From the NCBI GenBank assembly GCA_964577055.1, contig CAZNWC010000001.1, positions 129 to 64,128 on the forward strand: a stretch of 64,000 nt of DNA, read 5' to 3'. The notes beneath the pieces are model-generated. The model was given only the letters and a program-made list of their open reading frames with translations, had not been told where the DNA came from and did no database searches. The position numbers were made by a program, and so were the translations under genes. Origin of the DNA: an uncultured Chitinophaga sp. Lineage in GTDB: Bacteria > Bacteroidota > Bacteroidia > UBA7662. Positions 9,244 to 18,618 of this stretch are shown piece after piece. Each line of letters begins with the position of its first letter. Positions within the stretch are counted from its first letter, which is position 1.

Positions 9244-10038
9244 TTACGCCTGTGCCAGTAGAAAATTTGCAGAAATGCTGCCTTTTCCTTTGTAGAAAAG
9301 CAACATGGCCATTACCACTGGTAGATTACGGTTCACCTCTCCGCCAGCACACAGGGTAGCAAAAAGATTGATTTGGGCTTTTTCCGGGCTCTTGAAAAAA
9401 CAAAACAATGGGGTAAACACCTCGGGAATGGCCGTTTCAGGGGCTACCTTTTCTGCTGCCTGCACCATTTCTTCAAAGGTAAGTTCCAAATAATCGCGGT
9501 TAGCAATCACTTCTTCATATACTTCTAAGTCATCCTGAAAATCCATTTCTTCATCGGAAATAAACTGTTCCAAGAAGTCATCGAGATTGGCTTTGATATC
9601 GGAGTCAACAACTTCTTGCAAGTACATGAGCAAGGTGAGCATTTCGGTACCCCGTTCTGCTAACTTGTCCTCTAAGCGCTGCCATTCAGGCGAATCCATC
9701 CAATCGGTATTGCCGGCTTCCTCTTGTCGGCTCAACCAAGCCACATACAGCAGATCAAATAAGTACTCACGGTACATGGCCAGTGGAGGCGACTGCGCCC
9801 AAGCATCGAGGGCTTTCACTGCAGGCTCAAGTGCCTGCGGATTCGACATGATTTGGAGCCAATTTTCGAGGTAGCCATTGTATACCTCCCGCGTGTCCGA
9901 TGTTGCAGCCAAAAGCTTCTCCATTTGCTGTTGGGCCTCTTCAGGCTTGAGGCCCTTCCATCCAGCCTTTTGTGCTATTTCAGCCAAAAAGATACCGCTA
10001 AATAAGCCAACGGATGCGTCAATCAATCTATTATACAT
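9244..10038 (-). CDS. Hypothetical acidic, mostly helical protein.
   Basis: 264-aa ORF with no recognisable motif. 8-nt overlap with pyrC. Confidence 0.4.
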   Translation of the reverse strand: MYNRLIDASVGLFSGIFLAEIAQKAGWKGLKPEEAQQQMEKLLAATSDTREVYNGYLENWLQIMSNPQALEPAVKALDAWAQSPPLAMYREYLFDLLYVAWLSRQEEAGNTDWMDSPEWQRLEDKLAERGTEMLTLLMYLQEVVDSDIKANLDDFLEQFISDEEMDFQDDLEVYEEVIANRDYLELTFEEMVQAAEKVAPETAIPEVFTPLFCFFKSPEKAQINLFATLCAGGEVNRNLPVVMAMLLFYKGKGSISANFLLAQA

Positions 10039-11306
10039 GGGGAAGATACATTTGATGTTGGTTCATGACCAGTCGGATAGGACCGTAAAGCGACTTCCCG
10101 AGCATGGCATTGTTCACGCCTTTTGTTGCAAGATGCCTTGCTTGTACGGTATATGTTTCAGCTACATCGCACACAACCAGGTTGGCAACTGAACCGGCTG
10201 CAAACGGAGGATTCGGCAAACCCAACCACTTTGACGCAGCACTGCTCATGGCCAGTATCGCCTGTTCGAGTGCAGATGCTTGTTCGTGAAAAGCAGTTGC
10301 CACCACCGATAAGGCGGTCTCAAATGTTGCCATGCCAAATGCTGCCTGATCGAATTCCAAAAACTTATGTTCAGCATCCTCGGGCTGGTGGTCGCTGCAA
10401 ATGATATCAATCGTGCCATCCGCAATACCTGCTAAAAGTGCCTGTCGGTGTACTTCATCGCGCAAAGGCGGCCATACTTTATGGCAAGTATCAAATGCGG
10501 GCAAAACTTCATCGGTAAGTAGCAAATGATGCGCAGCAACGCCACAACTCACCGCTAAGCCTTGTTTTTTAGCATTTCGAATGCGTTCTACGCTCCCCAC
10601 CGTGCTGATTTTGCTGAAGTGCAGGCGACCTCCGCCATAAGCAAGCAACTCTAAGTCGCGGGCAATCGCCATTTCTTCAGCCATCGCAGGCATACCCTTT
10701 AGTCCCAAACGGGTGCTGATCAAGCCTTCGTGGACCAAAGCGCCTTTTCCCAAGTAATTATCTACAGGCAATACCATGACGGGTGCACCGGTATGTCGTG
10801 CGTATTGGAGGGCTAACAGCATGGTCCGGCTGTTTTCAATGCTGTTTTCAGCATTCGAAAAAGCCACAGCACCAGCCTCATGCATATCAACCATTTCGGC
10901 AATGTGTTTGCCCTGCAAATCTTCTGTAAGTGCTCCGGCAGCCAAGAGCTCCACGTGCGCAGGAGATTTACTCAACAAAGCTTGAATTTCTCCTTTGGTT
11001 TGCATCACCGGCTTGGTATCTGGCTGAACCAGCACACGGGTAAATCCACCTCTAAATGCAGCTTCAACACCTGTTTTCAGCGTTTCTTTGTATTCAAAAC
11101 CTGGTTCCCGCATAAATGCGTACACATCTGTCAAGCCAGGCATCAACCACAAATCTTTGCCTGTTATTTGCTCGGCCTCCGCATTGTGTAGCGAGGCACC
11201 TATTTCGGCTATCACGCCATCTTTGATCAACACATCGCAACGTTGGCCGTGGTAAGGCACATCCGGATGAACAACTTTGGCATTTTTAACGAGCAACAAC
11301 ATCATC
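10031..11306 (-). CDS. pyrC: Dihydroorotase (amidohydrolase superfamily). The start is assigned to MMLLLVKNAKVV.
   Basis: Cyclic amidohydrolase motifs and SDHQP (compare the SDHAP signature). Confidence 0.8.
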
Positions 11307-13326
11307 GTTTGATTTGGAGGATAAGCGTTTCGGAGAGCAAAAATACCAAAACGAACAGCAATAACCACTTCCAAAATCCAGCTTGTTCAGTATTGACAGT
11401 AAGCTTTCCAGCCAAAGTGGCTTCTTTGATTTGTAAAGGATTCCAGCCTTTTGCCAATCCTACGTTTTCTAATTCGGCGGTTGACCAATATTGAAGTCGC
11501 GATTCGGCTGCATCGGCATTGAATGCCAGCTGCAAGGTTCCCCCTTCTAGCTTGTCGGATACCAATTGGTAATGCCCTGGCGACAGGTTGGTTGTGCGTG
11601 CATTCAACAACACCCTTCCCCCCATTCTTCTGATTTCAGGAATAAAGCTTTCTTGTTCTTTTTCCAAGGCAATCGTTCCATTTACAGGAACATCTGCAGC
11701 ACGCAAGGCAATGGCATCGGCTTGGTTCAAGCGATAACTGCTGCGCACCAATTCACCTCCCAATTGACTTGCGCGGTGAAAGGTAGGGACCAACAAAGCA
11801 TGTTGCACAAAATCAGTCCATGCAGGCGAAAGCGCACTCATCAAAAGGGTGATACTACCTGATCCGTAATCACGCCGTATCAACCATGGATCGTCGTTTT
11901 GCAATTGCATTAACACCCTGTCTTCGGGTTGCAAGCTATATTTTACGTATTTGGTTGCCGTAGGTAAAGCCAATTGCTCCGGAATACTGCTAAAGGTTTC
12001 CTGGAAAAGCCGGTCTTCGAATGCCAATTTGCGAACAGCAAATTGACCTTGTTCCAAGGCTGTAGGACTCGCCACTCCCAATGCCTGCAGCACCGCCTGA
12101 ATATCTTGGATTTGATCGGCAGGCGCAGGTAAATAAATCAAAGTCCCACCCGCCTCTACCTGCTTCAGCAAGGTTTCTACCAAGCCAGTTGATCCTGCAT
12201 CGCCTCCTTCTAACACAAATGCGGCGTATTTCGACAAAGCATTGTAATCGAGGCCCAATCGAGCCAGTCGCTGAAATTGAACGAAATCGTCATTGCTGAA
12301 CAAGGCCTGCAAATAAGGTGACGGTTTATCAGGACTGATGTACAGCAGTGATAAGCTGTCTTTTACCGTTAGTTGCAAATACCATGTATCGTCGATTGGA
12401 AAAACACGGTCATTCAATTGCAAACGTGCACGTAAACGCCCGCTGGATTCAGGCGTAAAATCTATGGTATCGGTCAATGCCCCATTGGCAGGCAAATCCA
12501 TTGTGGCCAAGCCTTTTTGAACTCCCCCTATTTCCAATTGCACCCGAACACCCAAAGCATCGGCGCCTCCGCCATTCACGACTTTGAATACGAGACGGGC
12601 CTTTTGGCCTTTGCGCAGCAGGGGCTGGTCGAGCCAAGCAGAATCAACATAAAGGTTAGATACAGTTGCTGCTTCTAATTGCAACAATTGAAGCGACAAT
12701 TCCTCGGGCAACTTTAATGCTGCGAGATCAAAGGCTGATTTTTGGAAATCGCTGATCCAATACAACTTTGCATTGGTCAAACCGCTCGACATGGCCAAAT
12801 CTATTTGCCGCTGCAAGAGTGTTGCAGCTGGTTGGCTAAAATGAACTGGCTGCAATTCGTCCAAAGCCTGTAAAAAGGCATCTCGGCTCATCCATCTTGT
12901 CGATAAAGGCGCTAACTCCTGCGTGAGGAGTTGAAATCGTTCATCAGGTTGGGCGGCCAACGCAATGGCTCGTGCTGCCTCGCGTGCCTGTTCAAGCAGC
13001 ATGCCTGCATTGCCTTGCAGCGACATGCTGGGACTATTGTCTACAAAAATGGCGTGGTGCCCACTCGCTGCCTTGCTCGATTGTGCAGTACCAAACTGTG
13101 GTTGCGCAAAAGCCATGACCAAGCAAAATACAGCCAAAAGTCGGCTGACCAGCAAAAGTCGTTCGCGCAACAATCGCCTGCGCTTGTTTTCCTCTTTGAT
13201 TTCGTGCAACAACGCTACATTGCTAAAAAACACCCTTTTGGTGTATTTAAAACTGAAAAGATGAACAATAACTGGCACTCCCAAGGCCAGTAAACCCCAC
13301 AATGCAGCTGGATTGGCAAAATTCAT
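11302..13326 (-). CDS. Membrane protein with an N-terminal double-transmembrane domain (TIGR02226-like; Bat-operon-associated BatA-like family).
   Basis: N-terminus MNFANPAALWGLLALGVPVIVHLFS.. matches the two_anch N-terminal signature. 674 aa. Confidence 0.55.
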   Translation of the reverse strand: MNFANPAALWGLLALGVPVIVHLFSFKYTKRVFFSNVALLHEIKEENKRRRLLRERLLLVSRLLAVFCLVMAFAQPQFGTAQSSKAASGHHAIFVDNSPSMSLQGNAGMLLEQAREAARAIALAAQPDERFQLLTQELAPLSTRWMSRDAFLQALDELQPVHFSQPAATLLQRQIDLAMSSGLTNAKLYWISDFQKSAFDLAALKLPEELSLQLLQLEAATVSNLYVDSAWLDQPLLRKGQKARLVFKVVNGGGADALGVRVQLEIGGVQKGLATMDLPANGALTDTIDFTPESSGRLRARLQLNDRVFPIDDTWYLQLTVKDSLSLLYISPDKPSPYLQALFSNDDFVQFQRLARLGLDYNALSKYAAFVLEGGDAGSTGLVETLLKQVEAGGTLIYLPAPADQIQDIQAVLQALGVASPTALEQGQFAVRKLAFEDRLFQETFSSIPEQLALPTATKYVKYSLQPEDRVLMQLQNDDPWLIRRDYGSGSITLLMSALSPAWTDFVQHALLVPTFHRASQLGGELVRSSYRLNQADAIALRAADVPVNGTIALEKEQESFIPEIRRMGGRVLLNARTTNLSPGHYQLVSDKLEGGTLQLAFNADAAESRLQYWSTAELENVGLAKGWNPLQIKEATLAGKLTVNTEQAGFWKWLLLFVLVFLLSETLILQIKR

Positions 13327-13432
13327 TTGCTCAAAAATACGAGTATTGAACCAAGCAATGCTGCATAATTTTACAGGAGGGGAAGCAAGAAAAAGGTTAA
13401 AAAAGTAAATTGGACTTCTAAACCTGTTTGTT

Positions 13433-13915
13433 ATGCGTAAAATCGATGAATTATTACTGGCCTATGGCGAAAGTCACCGCCATCCCACCAACAAGGCCGT
13501 GCACTGGCTTTGTGTACCAGCCATCATGTTTAGCTTGTTGGGCTTGCTGTGGAATTTGCCTGCCACTCCCTTGCAATTGCTACCCGGACTGGAACAAGAG
13601 CCCTTGGCCAATTGGTCGGTTGTATTGTTGATCCTCGCCTCATTGTATTACATAAGGCTCTCGATTCCACTTTTCCTGGGCATGTTGGTGATTAGCGCCG
13701 GACTCATTTACGGCAATTTGCGCCTTAGTGCGTTGGGAAGCTCGATGCATATTTGGGCATCACTAGGCATTTTTGCCGTTGCTTGGATTGGACAGTTCAT
13801 CGGTCACCACATCGAAGGTAAAAAACCCTCCTTCATCAAGGACGTTCAGTTTTTACTGATCGGCCCTGCATGGCTGATGCATTTTTTGTACAAAAAAATG
13901 GGAATCCCCTATTGA
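13433..13915 (+). CDS. DUF962 / Mpo1-like membrane protein.
   Basis: MRKIDELLLAYGESHRHPTNKAVHWLCVP.. Conserved His residues and four TM helices, typical of DUF962. Confidence 0.7.
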   Translation: MRKIDELLLAYGESHRHPTNKAVHWLCVPAIMFSLLGLLWNLPATPLQLLPGLEQEPLANWSVVLLILASLYYIRLSIPLFLGMLVISAGLIYGNLRLSALGSSMHIWASLGIFAVAWIGQFIGHHIEGKKPSFIKDVQFLLIGPAWLMHFLYKKMGIPY

Positions 13916-15747
13916 AACCAATCCTGCATATAGTGTGGTTGGGCTACCTGTTGCTAACAGCGTGTAGTGAGTCTCCAACTGATTTCCCGAAAGACGTTCA
14001 TTCTGCGAGTGAACACGCTTTGGCGCGTGCAGAACACCTTGTTTGGCGGGCACGAGTAAATTTTGAGCAACGCAGATTGGAGGCCACTGCGAGTTGGCTG
14101 ATTCAAAAATCGACCAATGCCAAATACATTGTTTTCGATACCTATGACCTTAACATTCTCAAGGTCACCCTCGACAATGGAGAAGCTGCAGTATGGACGC
14201 TCAGCGACAGCACCGCATACCTGGGTCGCGCCTTGCGTATTGCCATTGCACCTGAAACGGAATGGGTGCATATAGAGTACCGGAGCAATCCTGGCGCCAA
14301 AGGACTGCAATGGTTGGAGGCACATCAAACCCACACGAAGTTGCACCCCTTTTTGTTTTCCCAAGGCCAAGCCATCCTTACGCGTACCTGGCTACCATGT
14401 CAAGACAGTCCTGGTTTGCGTTTCAGCTTTGAGGCAGAGGTACTGGTGCCCAAAGGCTTAATGGCCGTCATGAGTGCCGAAAACCCCCGTGTACTTGCCA
14501 AAAACGGCCGATATCGTTTCAAAAACAGCAAGCCAATTCCTGCCTACCTCTTTTCTATTGCTGTCGGAAATTTCGACTACAAAGCATACGACCAACGAAG
14601 TGGCATATATGCCGAAGCAGGAACCCTCGGCGACGCATGGCAAGAGTTTGCGAACCTTCCCGCCATGATGTTGGCAGCAGAAAAACTGTTTGGTCCATAC
14701 CCTTGGTCACGTTTTGATGTTTTGGTATTGCCTCCCAGCTTCCCCTTTGGCGGCATGGAAAACCCCATGATCATGTTCGCCACCCCCAGCATTATTGCCG
14801 GCGACAGAAGTTTAACAAACCTCATTGCCCATGAATTGTCACATTCGTGGTCGGGAAATTTGGTCACGCATGCAAGCTGGAATGACTTTTGGATCAACGA
14901 GGGATTTACAACCTACATTGAACGGCGGATCATTGAAGAAATTGAGGGCACCAGCTACGCAGAAATGCTCACTGCCTTGGGAGACTTGACCCTCGAACAA
15001 ACGCTGAAGCAACTCGGGCCAGATAATGCACTGAGCAAACTCAAACTTGATTTAGAAGGCCAAAATCCCGATTTGGCATTGAGCAACATTCCCTTTTATA
15101 AAGGCGTGGCTTTGCTGCTGCATATCGAAAAAGAAGTAGGACGCAGCAGAATGGATGCTTACGTCAAAAAAACAATATCGAATCATGCCTACCGCAGCAT
15201 GGATTCAGAAATGTTTCTTGCCTATTTAGAAAAACACTTATTGACCGCAGCGCAAATGGAACGGCTTGAAATCGAGCAGTGGATTTTTGATGCAGGCATT
15301 CCAAAATCTTATCAAAAAAGACATTCCATTAGGTTTGCCAATGTTGAAACCGCTGTATTGCTTTGGGAACAAGGCGAGGTGGCCGAAAACCTGCCAACGG
15401 CTGCATGGTCGGTATACGAATGGTTGTACTTTCTAAAAACCATTGGTCACAAACGCATCACCCCGTCAAGAATGGCTGAATTGGATGCTACATTCAATTT
15501 TGGTGCATCCCGCAATGCAGAACTACTAACCGAATGGCTGCAATGCGTAATTAAAAACAAATATACCCCTGGTTACGACCGAATACCCCTCTTTTTGGCA
15601 GAAACAGGCAGAAGAAAACTGTTGGTTCCGGTTTATGAAGCCTTATTTAATAATGCCTCTTTGCGCAATCAGGGCATTCAATGGTTTGAGGTTTATAAAT
15701 CTCAATATCACCCTTTGGCGATCCAAAGTATCGAAGCCCTCAAGTAA
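13870..15747 (+). CDS. M1-family zinc aminopeptidase (leukotriene A4 hydrolase-like), probably a lipoprotein. The true start may be a non-ATG codon near 13912.
   Basis: HELSHSW (HEXXH) plus NEGFTTY. LTA4H-type C-terminal domain. Lipobox-like LLLTACS. Confidence 0.85.
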   Translation: MADAFFVQKNGNPLLKPILHIVWLGYLLLTACSESPTDFPKDVHSASEHALARAEHLVWRARVNFEQRRLEATASWLIQKSTNAKYIVFDTYDLNILKVTLDNGEAAVWTLSDSTAYLGRALRIAIAPETEWVHIEYRSNPGAKGLQWLEAHQTHTKLHPFLFSQGQAILTRTWLPCQDSPGLRFSFEAEVLVPKGLMAVMSAENPRVLAKNGRYRFKNSKPIPAYLFSIAVGNFDYKAYDQRSGIYAEAGTLGDAWQEFANLPAMMLAAEKLFGPYPWSRFDVLVLPPSFPFGGMENPMIMFATPSIIAGDRSLTNLIAHELSHSWSGNLVTHASWNDFWINEGFTTYIERRIIEEIEGTSYAEMLTALGDLTLEQTLKQLGPDNALSKLKLDLEGQNPDLALSNIPFYKGVALLLHIEKEVGRSRMDAYVKKTISNHAYRSMDSEMFLAYLEKHLLTAAQMERLEIEQWIFDAGIPKSYQKRHSIRFANVETAVLLWEQGEVAENLPTAAWSVYEWLYFLKTIGHKRITPSRMAELDATFNFGASRNAELLTEWLQCVIKNKYTPGYDRIPLFLAETGRRKLLVPVYEALFNNASLRNQGIQWFEVYKSQYHPLAIQSIEALK

Positions 15748-15770
15748 TTTTCTTTCTTATGAAAAGAAAA

Positions 15771-15792
15771 AGGTGCCTCCCGGCACCTTTTA
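15771..15792 (+). terminator. Rho-independent terminator after the M1 peptidase gene.
   Basis: aggtgcc-tccc-ggcacct followed by TTTT. Confidence 0.6.
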
Positions 15793-15921
15793 CTGTCTGA
15801 AAACTAAACTAAACCTATGAAAACTAATCCACAACAGAGCGGACCAGCTTTGAAACAAAGTTATGGAGAAATTCCAAAAGAGAAATTAAAAATTCCCAAA
15901 TGAAGAATTTTCAAAAATCAA

Positions 15922-16953
15922 TTACTCTGCCAAAATCCAAGAATGTGGATTTATTTCTGCTCGAGCTTTCGACAAGAACTCCGCTTCGCCCATCGCACTT
16001 TTGGCATCAAACACCATTACGCGCATTAATTGGCTTTTTTCTGCCTTTTCAACCTTGCACATCCAACCCTTTGCAAGCAGTTTGTTTTTTAAATTTTCTG
16101 CATTTTCTACCGAAGCAAATGCCCCTACTACCACCTGCACACCATGCACTTTTACGTCGTTATTGACATTTGGCTTCCCCACAACAACCGATTCCATTGT
16201 TTTTGGTGCAGCAGCTTGCACTGGCTCCTGCTCCTCGGCAACTGCTGTAGTCGGCGTGGAAACTGTCAAGAGTTCAGGAGTCGTTTGAGTAAACGCAATT
16301 GAACTATCGACGTCTGCTGACTGACTATCAGGAATGATAGCAGCATCGCTGCTGTCTTCAAATGTAAATTCCTCTCGATCCCTTAAACTATCGAATGGAT
16401 TTAGCTCGGCAACCTGCCGAATATTCAACTTGCCATTTTCGCTGAGAAACGATATTGCCAACACATTGACCAACAGTACCGTCAGCAATACTGCCGCCGC
16501 TTGCAACCACCACATCCGCGATTTTTTAGGCAAAATCGACCCAATTTGTTTGTTTTTTTTGTCAGATTGCGGCATTAACTTTTTTACATTCGTCGCGGCG
16601 AGACCATAGTCGGCCTTCCAGCCTTGCGCATTTACCTTGCCAGGCAAGAGCTCGAGCACCCCTTCCTGTCGGTAGCACATGCCTAAACCAGGTATTTCAA
16701 ATGAAGTCCCGCCGGCAATAGCCGTTTGCAAAAAGTCTTTGAATGCGTCCTCCAAACCAATATGCGCTTCATGACTCAATTCGCTGACGCCATTGTGCAA
16801 GACCCAAACATGCCGTGGCGGCTGAATCACTGTGCCATGCTGTTGAATCCGGGCCGAGCGGTACGTCAGTACAAGATGCCCTACCTCTCCCAATTGAATG
16901 GGACTTAGCTGCTTGTTGACACTTTCCGCTATGTGACTAATGGTTTCTTGCAT
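15922..16953 (-). CDS. SPOR domain-containing protein (HU-like N-terminal region, TM segment, C-terminal SPOR).
   Basis: The C-terminal ..VQVVVGAFASVENAENLKNKLLAKGW.. matches the SPOR fold signature. Central hydrophobic TM segment. Confidence 0.65.
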   Translation of the reverse strand: MQETISHIAESVNKQLSPIQLGEVGHLVLTYRSARIQQHGTVIQPPRHVWVLHNGVSELSHEAHIGLEDAFKDFLQTAIAGGTSFEIPGLGMCYRQEGVLELLPGKVNAQGWKADYGLAATNVKKLMPQSDKKNKQIGSILPKKSRMWWLQAAAVLLTVLLVNVLAISFLSENGKLNIRQVAELNPFDSLRDREEFTFEDSSDAAIIPDSQSADVDSSIAFTQTTPELLTVSTPTTAVAEEQEPVQAAAPKTMESVVVGKPNVNNDVKVHGVQVVVGAFASVENAENLKNKLLAKGWMCKVEKAEKSQLMRVMVFDAKSAMGEAEFLSKARAEINPHSWILAE

Positions 16954-16968
16954 GGGGCGACGAAAATA

Positions 16969-18618
16969 TTAAAATTTGAGCACTATCCCACCCAAAATAT
17001 TAAATCCGTAGGTTGGATAATTGTACCATCTAAAATAGCGCGCCGAAGTAACGTTGTTCAAATTCAAAAACACATTGAACTGATCATTGTACTGATATGA
17101 AGCTCCTAGATTTAGATCAAACACCCCATTCAGCCGCTCTGCTGTGCCTTGTTGACTGAGGTACGCTACCCCATTGTACACCACCGCTTCTGTGGTGAAT
17201 CTTAGTTTCGATTGCAGGGCATAACTCCCTCCTGCACGCATGGCAAAAGTGGGTTGCATAAAAGGCTCTGCCAAATTGGAGAGACCATAACTCCGCCAAT
17301 CCAAATTGGCATGCAAGGTATACTTATCACCGAATTTGCGATTGATTTCTGCCCTCAAGCTCGTTAAATTCGCCGCACTGTCATACACAGGCATCAATCT
17401 GCTAAAATCCGACGTATCGTTTAGAAAGAACATGGCCTGCCCCATGCGCTGGAAATTGAGCATTACATTGTAGGAGGTCAATTCGTCAATGCTTCCTTTC
17501 AAGCCCGCGTACATTTGGAACCGATTATTAAGATTCCGAATATCGGGACGAAGTCCAACGAAAGGATTGATGCGAATCATGTCTTGATAGCTGTTCCGTT
17601 CGGTATTGCCTGTGATACCACCATATGCTACCATATAAACATCGTTCAACAAATACGAGAAGTCCACATGTGGATATATCCTGAATTGTGATACACCACC
17701 TTGTGCTTCCATCGCCAGGTTTAGTCCGGCATTCACCGCAAACTTTAGTCCTTGCAACTGGTACCTCGGTTGAAAATAAACCAGCGTACGGTTTTGATTA
17801 AAGCCGGCAACATCGGCAAAATTGGTAAAGTCAATTGCGAAATCAAAAGTCAATCGGTTGGCATCATTGCGGATGAGCAATTCACCCTCTAAGCGCAAAT
17901 TGTTTTCGCGCTGTTCGAAACGATCGCTTAAACTGTAAAAACTAAAGTTTGCGCCGTATCCAACCTGATCGGCTTCAACCTCATGGCTTTTTAAGCCCAG
18001 ATTGCCCGAAATCCGATTAAAAACTTGCCGAATCGAATCTCTTGGTATTTCAACAGGTCTATTAGCACCATAAAAATGCCGCACTTGTCTATCGTAATCA
18101 AATGCCGAATACAAATACACCTTATTGAGATAGCGCTTGCCATGAACGCCCAATTGATTGTCGCTCATGGCGGCATGTTGAAACAAGGCTGTATCGATGG
18201 TCAAGTCACCAGATGACGAAAAATGCCGTGCTTTGATACCGTATTCAAACTTGGGATCGCGCTTGCTCATGTAGCGAATATCGGCGAGCGGGGTATTGTA
18301 ATTGCCACCTCCCAATCTGATATATCCACCCCCTAAATTGCTGGCCGGCTCGGGCAGGGCACGCAAAGGAGTAAGTGGAGCAAGCACCACTGAAGTTGGC
18401 GCCATCCGGTTAATTCCTGTGTAAATCAGCACTTTTTTATCGCTTTGCACAGTAGGAAGCTGAGGAACCGGATGAACTTTGAGCGCATCCGCCAAAACTG
18501 CTTCATAGGCGCGCACAACATTAATAGGATCGGTTGTAAAGCCTTCCCGCTGCGCCATGGCGTGCATGCTCATCGACAGCAGGCACCCGGTAAATCCAAC
18601 AACAATTCGCTTTTTCAT
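16969..18618 (-). CDS. Outer-membrane beta-barrel protein of unknown function.
   Basis: Signal peptide, beta-strand periodicity and a C-terminal ..GGIVLKF. The start overlaps the TPR gene stop by 4 nt (ATGA). Confidence 0.6.
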   Translation of the reverse strand: MKKRIVVGFTGCLLSMSMHAMAQREGFTTDPINVVRAYEAVLADALKVHPVPQLPTVQSDKKVLIYTGINRMAPTSVVLAPLTPLRALPEPASNLGGGYIRLGGGNYNTPLADIRYMSKRDPKFEYGIKARHFSSSGDLTIDTALFQHAAMSDNQLGVHGKRYLNKVYLYSAFDYDRQVRHFYGANRPVEIPRDSIRQVFNRISGNLGLKSHEVEADQVGYGANFSFYSLSDRFEQRENNLRLEGELLIRNDANRLTFDFAIDFTNFADVAGFNQNRTLVYFQPRYQLQGLKFAVNAGLNLAMEAQGGVSQFRIYPHVDFSYLLNDVYMVAYGGITGNTERNSYQDMIRINPFVGLRPDIRNLNNRFQMYAGLKGSIDELTSYNVMLNFQRMGQAMFFLNDTSDFSRLMPVYDSAANLTSLRAEINRKFGDKYTLHANLDWRSYGLSNLAEPFMQPTFAMRAGGSYALQSKLRFTTEAVVYNGVAYLSQQGTAERLNGVFDLNLGASYQYNDQFNVFLNLNNVTSARYFRWYNYPTYGFNILGGIVLKF

